From: an uncultured Acidobacteriota bacterium
GTDB lineage: Bacteria; Acidobacteriota; UBA6911; RPQK01; JAPXNP01
Length of the DNA stretch: 64,000 nt
Assembly: GCA_963777605.1 (NCBI GenBank)
Contig: CAVZRV010000006.1
Coordinates: 64,001-128,000 of the forward strand
Direction: 5' to 3'
Shown here: positions 61,087 through 64,000 of the stretch, piece after piece
Position numbering within the stretch: the stretch's first letter is position 1
Layout of the letters: each line of letters begins with the position of its first letter
Program-made: the position numbers and the translations under genes
The notes under the pieces: generated by a model
Seen by the model: the letters and a program-made list of their open reading frames with translations, nothing else
Database searches by the model: none
Told to the model about the DNA's origin: nothing

Positions 61087-61629
61087 ATGAAACTCCGGGT
61101 CACCCTTTTCTTGCTGTTCTTTATCGGTGTTGCGTTTGCCAATGACGCCGAGCTGAACACACTCAGCTTCGACGCCGATGCGCTCAAGCAGGAGTTCAAC
61201 GCGACCAACGACCGCTCCAGGATGATCGTGATCCTGTCTCCGACCTGACCGCATTGTCTTCAGAGGGCCTCTGAACTTGAACAAATTCTTGAGCAACTCC
61301 CAAACCGGCCGATCCGGGTCCTTCTCTTGTGGTCTCCGTTCATGCCGTACGACACTCGCGGCGCCGCTCAGCGAGCGACCACGTACGTCCCCGACGAGCG
61401 GGTGACTCAGTACTGGGATCTCTGGAAATACGGGTCGCGCACACTGGCACAGAAACTGGGGATTCCAGAACTTGAGGCGTGGGATCTGTTCGCCTTTTAC
61501 AGACCCAATCTAAGCTGGAAGGACAAGACGCCCGAGCCCACCTTCTGGATGCAGGCCCGGGGACTCAAACACGGCGAAGAGTATTCCAAGGCGGCATTGA
61601 CGAGCAAGCTGGAAACCTGGTTGCCCTGA
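61087..61629 (+). CDS. secreted thioredoxin-like candidate selenoprotein (UxxC), 180 aa
   Basis: ATG 61087, signal peptide, MIVILSPT-TGA(61246-48)-PHC; the frame continues into the 61327-61629 ORF; SECIS-like hairpin downstream. Confidence 0.82.
61246..61275 (+). promoter_or_regulatory. candidate bacterial SECIS element
   Basis: TTCAGAG-GGC-CTCTGAA perfect 7-bp hairpin; its G-starting loop is 17 nt after the UGA. Confidence 0.68.
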
Positions 61630-61755
61630 TGTCCGAACCGGGCCACCGTGCCTTGATCTAGTCGAGCAAGTTGATTCCCCCCACAGCTTGCCATTCTCTA
61701 TCACCTCTGTGCACAATCGGTGCGGGCACAGATCAAGTGCTCAAAGGCAGGCAAC

Positions 61756-63474
61756 ATGAATCGCTCTTCTTCCCCAATCTCTCTTCTCTTCATTCTCTCG
61801 GTCCTGGCAACGCTTTTCGTCCCTGCCGCGGCTGTAGCGCAACCGGCCCAGTCCGCTGTCGTGCGGATCGACCCGGGTTTGGCCCTGGTCGATTTCCTGG
61901 CCTTTGACCAGAGTGGAAAATTCGTCCCGGACCTGCGGGCGGACGAGGTGCAGCTCTTCGTTGACGGAAAGCCCGAGAAAGTTGATTTTTTCCAACTGGC
62001 TGACTTTCGCCCAGAACCGTCGGGTGGCGAATCCTCCCTGGGTTCGACGCCGGGCAAGGAGTACACCGAGATCCGCGGCCCCAGCCCGATCATTTTCGTC
62101 TTTGACCTCGACAGTATGGAACCGAGCTCGCTGGCCCCTGCCCGGGAGTCTCTCAAGTCATTTCTTCAACAACCGCACCAAAATCGCCGTCTTTACATGC
62201 TTTTTGCGATTCAGGGTGGCCTCTCCCTGCGCTGCCGGTTGACTGATGACCCGCAAGAGGTTCTCGATGCAGCAGAGTTGCTCACGATCAACCGAACCCC
62301 GGACACCTTCATCGGGCTGATCGAGCAGCTCGCCAAGACCTTCCGAACCCTTGCCCCGGCTCGCCTCTATCTTCAGGCCATGCAGGATTCGGTCTCCGAA
62401 GCCAAGATCTTCGTCAATAACGCGATCAACCACTTGACGACCTTCACCGAAGCGGCGACCGGGCTCGCCCACCAACTCGAGCCGCTTCCCGGTCGAAAGA
62501 GCGTGGTTCTGTATTCAAGCGGTTATCCGGTCACACCTTCGTCCACGGCTTTCCAGATCCTCCTCCAGTTCAACCACAGTGCCGGCCCTGAAGACATCAT
62601 GCCGATGCACATACTGACCGCCCGGTTTGGCCAGCTGACGGATGAAACCGGAACTGACCGGCTGCGGGCCGCACTCCGCGAACTCAACGGGAGTCAGACG
62701 TCCGTTTACGCAGTGAACACTGCCCGGTTGACTGGCGAGGGCCTGGCTAACTCTCCCGAGTCCCAATACATTCCTCGCTCTCTTCAGGGGCAGTACAACA
62801 GCGAGGACCGGAGCAGCCGAAAGTCGTTTCTCGAGCGCGTATCCGATTCAACGGACGGGCTTTCGTCGGAGCTGACAGCGTTCGAAAAGCTCGAGAAACG
62901 GCTGCTTGAAGACAATTCCGCCTATTACGTCCTGGGGTTCCGGCCGTCCTGGAAGTTCAAGGAAGGATCGTTCAAGAAGTACGAGGTCAAGGTCGATCGG
63001 CCGGGAATTTCCGTTAAAGCCCGCTCCGGCTACCTGCTCCGCAAAGAGGACACGGCCCGGGACACGATTGAGTCCGCCTTTGAATTTCCCGAAGTATTTC
63101 GCGACTTCCCAACCGCGGGCACGGCCTCGGTGACAGGGAACCAGGTCTCGGTGCAACTTTCGATTCCCACCCAGGCGCTTCTATTCGGGACGGAGAACGG
63201 GAAGTGGGTTTGCAGGATTCGGGTATTAGGGGTGCTGGTCGATTCGTCGGGGACCTGGCAAACCGGGGGAAACAAGTACAGTATGGCCCGGGAGTTCAAC
63301 CTCTCACTGGACAAGGCGCGCCTCGAGACATTGTTGAAGACCGCCAACGTCACCGCTCCACTGACCGCCCAGGCACCGCCGGGACGCTACGAGCTGATCC
63401 TTGTCACCCGCCAGTGGCCGAGTGGAAGGGTCTCCACCTGGTACACCGACGTAGCGGTCCCGGAGCCCCAATAG
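61756..63474 (+). CDS. secreted VWA-domain protein (VWFA-related, acidobacterial type)
   Basis: DQSGKFVPDL, FVFDLDS, PGRKSVVLYSSG, YYVLGF, VKVDRPG..VKARSGY. Confidence 0.85.
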   Translation: MNRSSSPISLLFILSVLATLFVPAAAVAQPAQSAVVRIDPGLALVDFLAFDQSGKFVPDLRADEVQLFVDGKPEKVDFFQLADFRPEPSGGESSLGSTPGKEYTEIRGPSPIIFVFDLDSMEPSSLAPARESLKSFLQQPHQNRRLYMLFAIQGGLSLRCRLTDDPQEVLDAAELLTINRTPDTFIGLIEQLAKTFRTLAPARLYLQAMQDSVSEAKIFVNNAINHLTTFTEAATGLAHQLEPLPGRKSVVLYSSGYPVTPSSTAFQILLQFNHSAGPEDIMPMHILTARFGQLTDETGTDRLRAALRELNGSQTSVYAVNTARLTGEGLANSPESQYIPRSLQGQYNSEDRSSRKSFLERVSDSTDGLSSELTAFEKLEKRLLEDNSAYYVLGFRPSWKFKEGSFKKYEVKVDRPGISVKARSGYLLRKEDTARDTIESAFEFPEVFRDFPTAGTASVTGNQVSVQLSIPTQALLFGTENGKWVCRIRVLGVLVDSSGTWQTGGNKYSMAREFNLSLDKARLETLLKTANVTAPLTAQAPPGRYELILVTRQWPSGRVSTWYTDVAVPEPQ

Positions 63475-63510
63475 GTTCAGGGGACTCCGGGCATTTTTGC
63501 GATTCGGGTC

Positions 63511-64000
63511 TCAGCCGTTGATGAGGAGACGATCGACCCGGTTTGCGACGTCTTTGAGGTAGGCCAGGTCTCCACCCCGGATCTCGACCGTCACAGGTCC
63601 GTGGTAGCCGACCTCCATCAACGCTTCCCGCACTGCCGGCCAGTTCACGTCACCGTCGCCAAGGTTCACGAACTGGTAGCCTTCCCGCTTGAAGTCTTTC
63701 AGATGAACCTTGTCAATCCGGTAGCGCAGGGTGCGGATCCAATCCTCCGGGTAACCATAGAGCAGGACGTTGCCCACGTCGAAATAGGCCTTCAGCCAGG
63801 GACTGTTGAAGTGGTCAACGTAGCTGCGGAATTCAATCGGGCTGAGCAGAAACCGGTTCCAGACTTCCTCGATCGCAATCACCACTTCGAGTTCCTCGGC
63901 GAGAGGAAGCAGTTTCCCGACCTGCTCTACGGAGCGGTCCCAGGCGTCCTCGTAACGCGTCTCCGGATTTACTACCGCAGGGACCAGCAGCACGCTGTCG
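63511..64000 (-). CDS. sugar phosphate isomerase/epimerase; 5' end outside the window
   Basis: IEEVWNRFLLSP, YFDVGN, VHLKDF, TVE. Confidence 0.88.
   Translation of the reverse strand, partial: DSVLLVPAVVNPETRYEDAWDRSVEQVGKLLPLAEELEVVIAIEEVWNRFLLSPIEFRSYVDHFNSPWLKAYFDVGNVLLYGYPEDWIRTLRYRIDKVHLKDFKREGYQFVNLGDGDVNWPAVREALMEVGYHGPVTVEIRGGDLAYLKDVANRVDRLLING

Noticed and set aside
1-64000. CRISPR arrays, rRNA, tRNA, transposases, integrases, prophage and defence genes
   Set aside because: No spaced direct repeats or diagnostic motifs were seen on either strand.

Overview
GC-rich bacterial chromosome segment, probably Acidobacteriota (inferred from the VWFA-related protein and the clpC-bamA and long Lpt gene arrangement). 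The core is a ~30 kb co-directional minus-strand housekeeping block: recJ, lptC/A, lptB, rpoN, hprK, rapZ, PTS EIIA/HPr/EI, pgsA-like, crotonase, ribH, nusB, lysS, lolC/E, lolD, clpC, bamA, two skp, fabZ, lpxA, lpxI, gnnA-like, spoIID, miaA, gatB. It is flanked by gcvP, ABC permeases, nadE, citrate synthase and carbohydrate/sulfate catabolic genes. I found no rRNA, tRNA, CRISPR or transposase. Five genes carry frameshifts, mostly single-base insertions, which are probably assembly errors. Main items the ORF track misses: (1) a secreted thioredoxin-like candidate selenoprotein at 61087-61629, with an in-frame UGA in a UxxC motif and a SECIS-like hairpin; (2) a linker-free six-way-junction RNA candidate in the citrate synthase leader; (3) a pseudoknot-capable element upstream of miaA; (4) a stand-alone GlnD-type ACT-ACT protein; (5) two internally deleted gene relics; (6) a GTAG-type REP cluster and inverted heptamer arrays; (7) a 52-aa DUF5989/SxtK-like microprotein. 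All family assignments come from motif recognition by eye, not from database searches.
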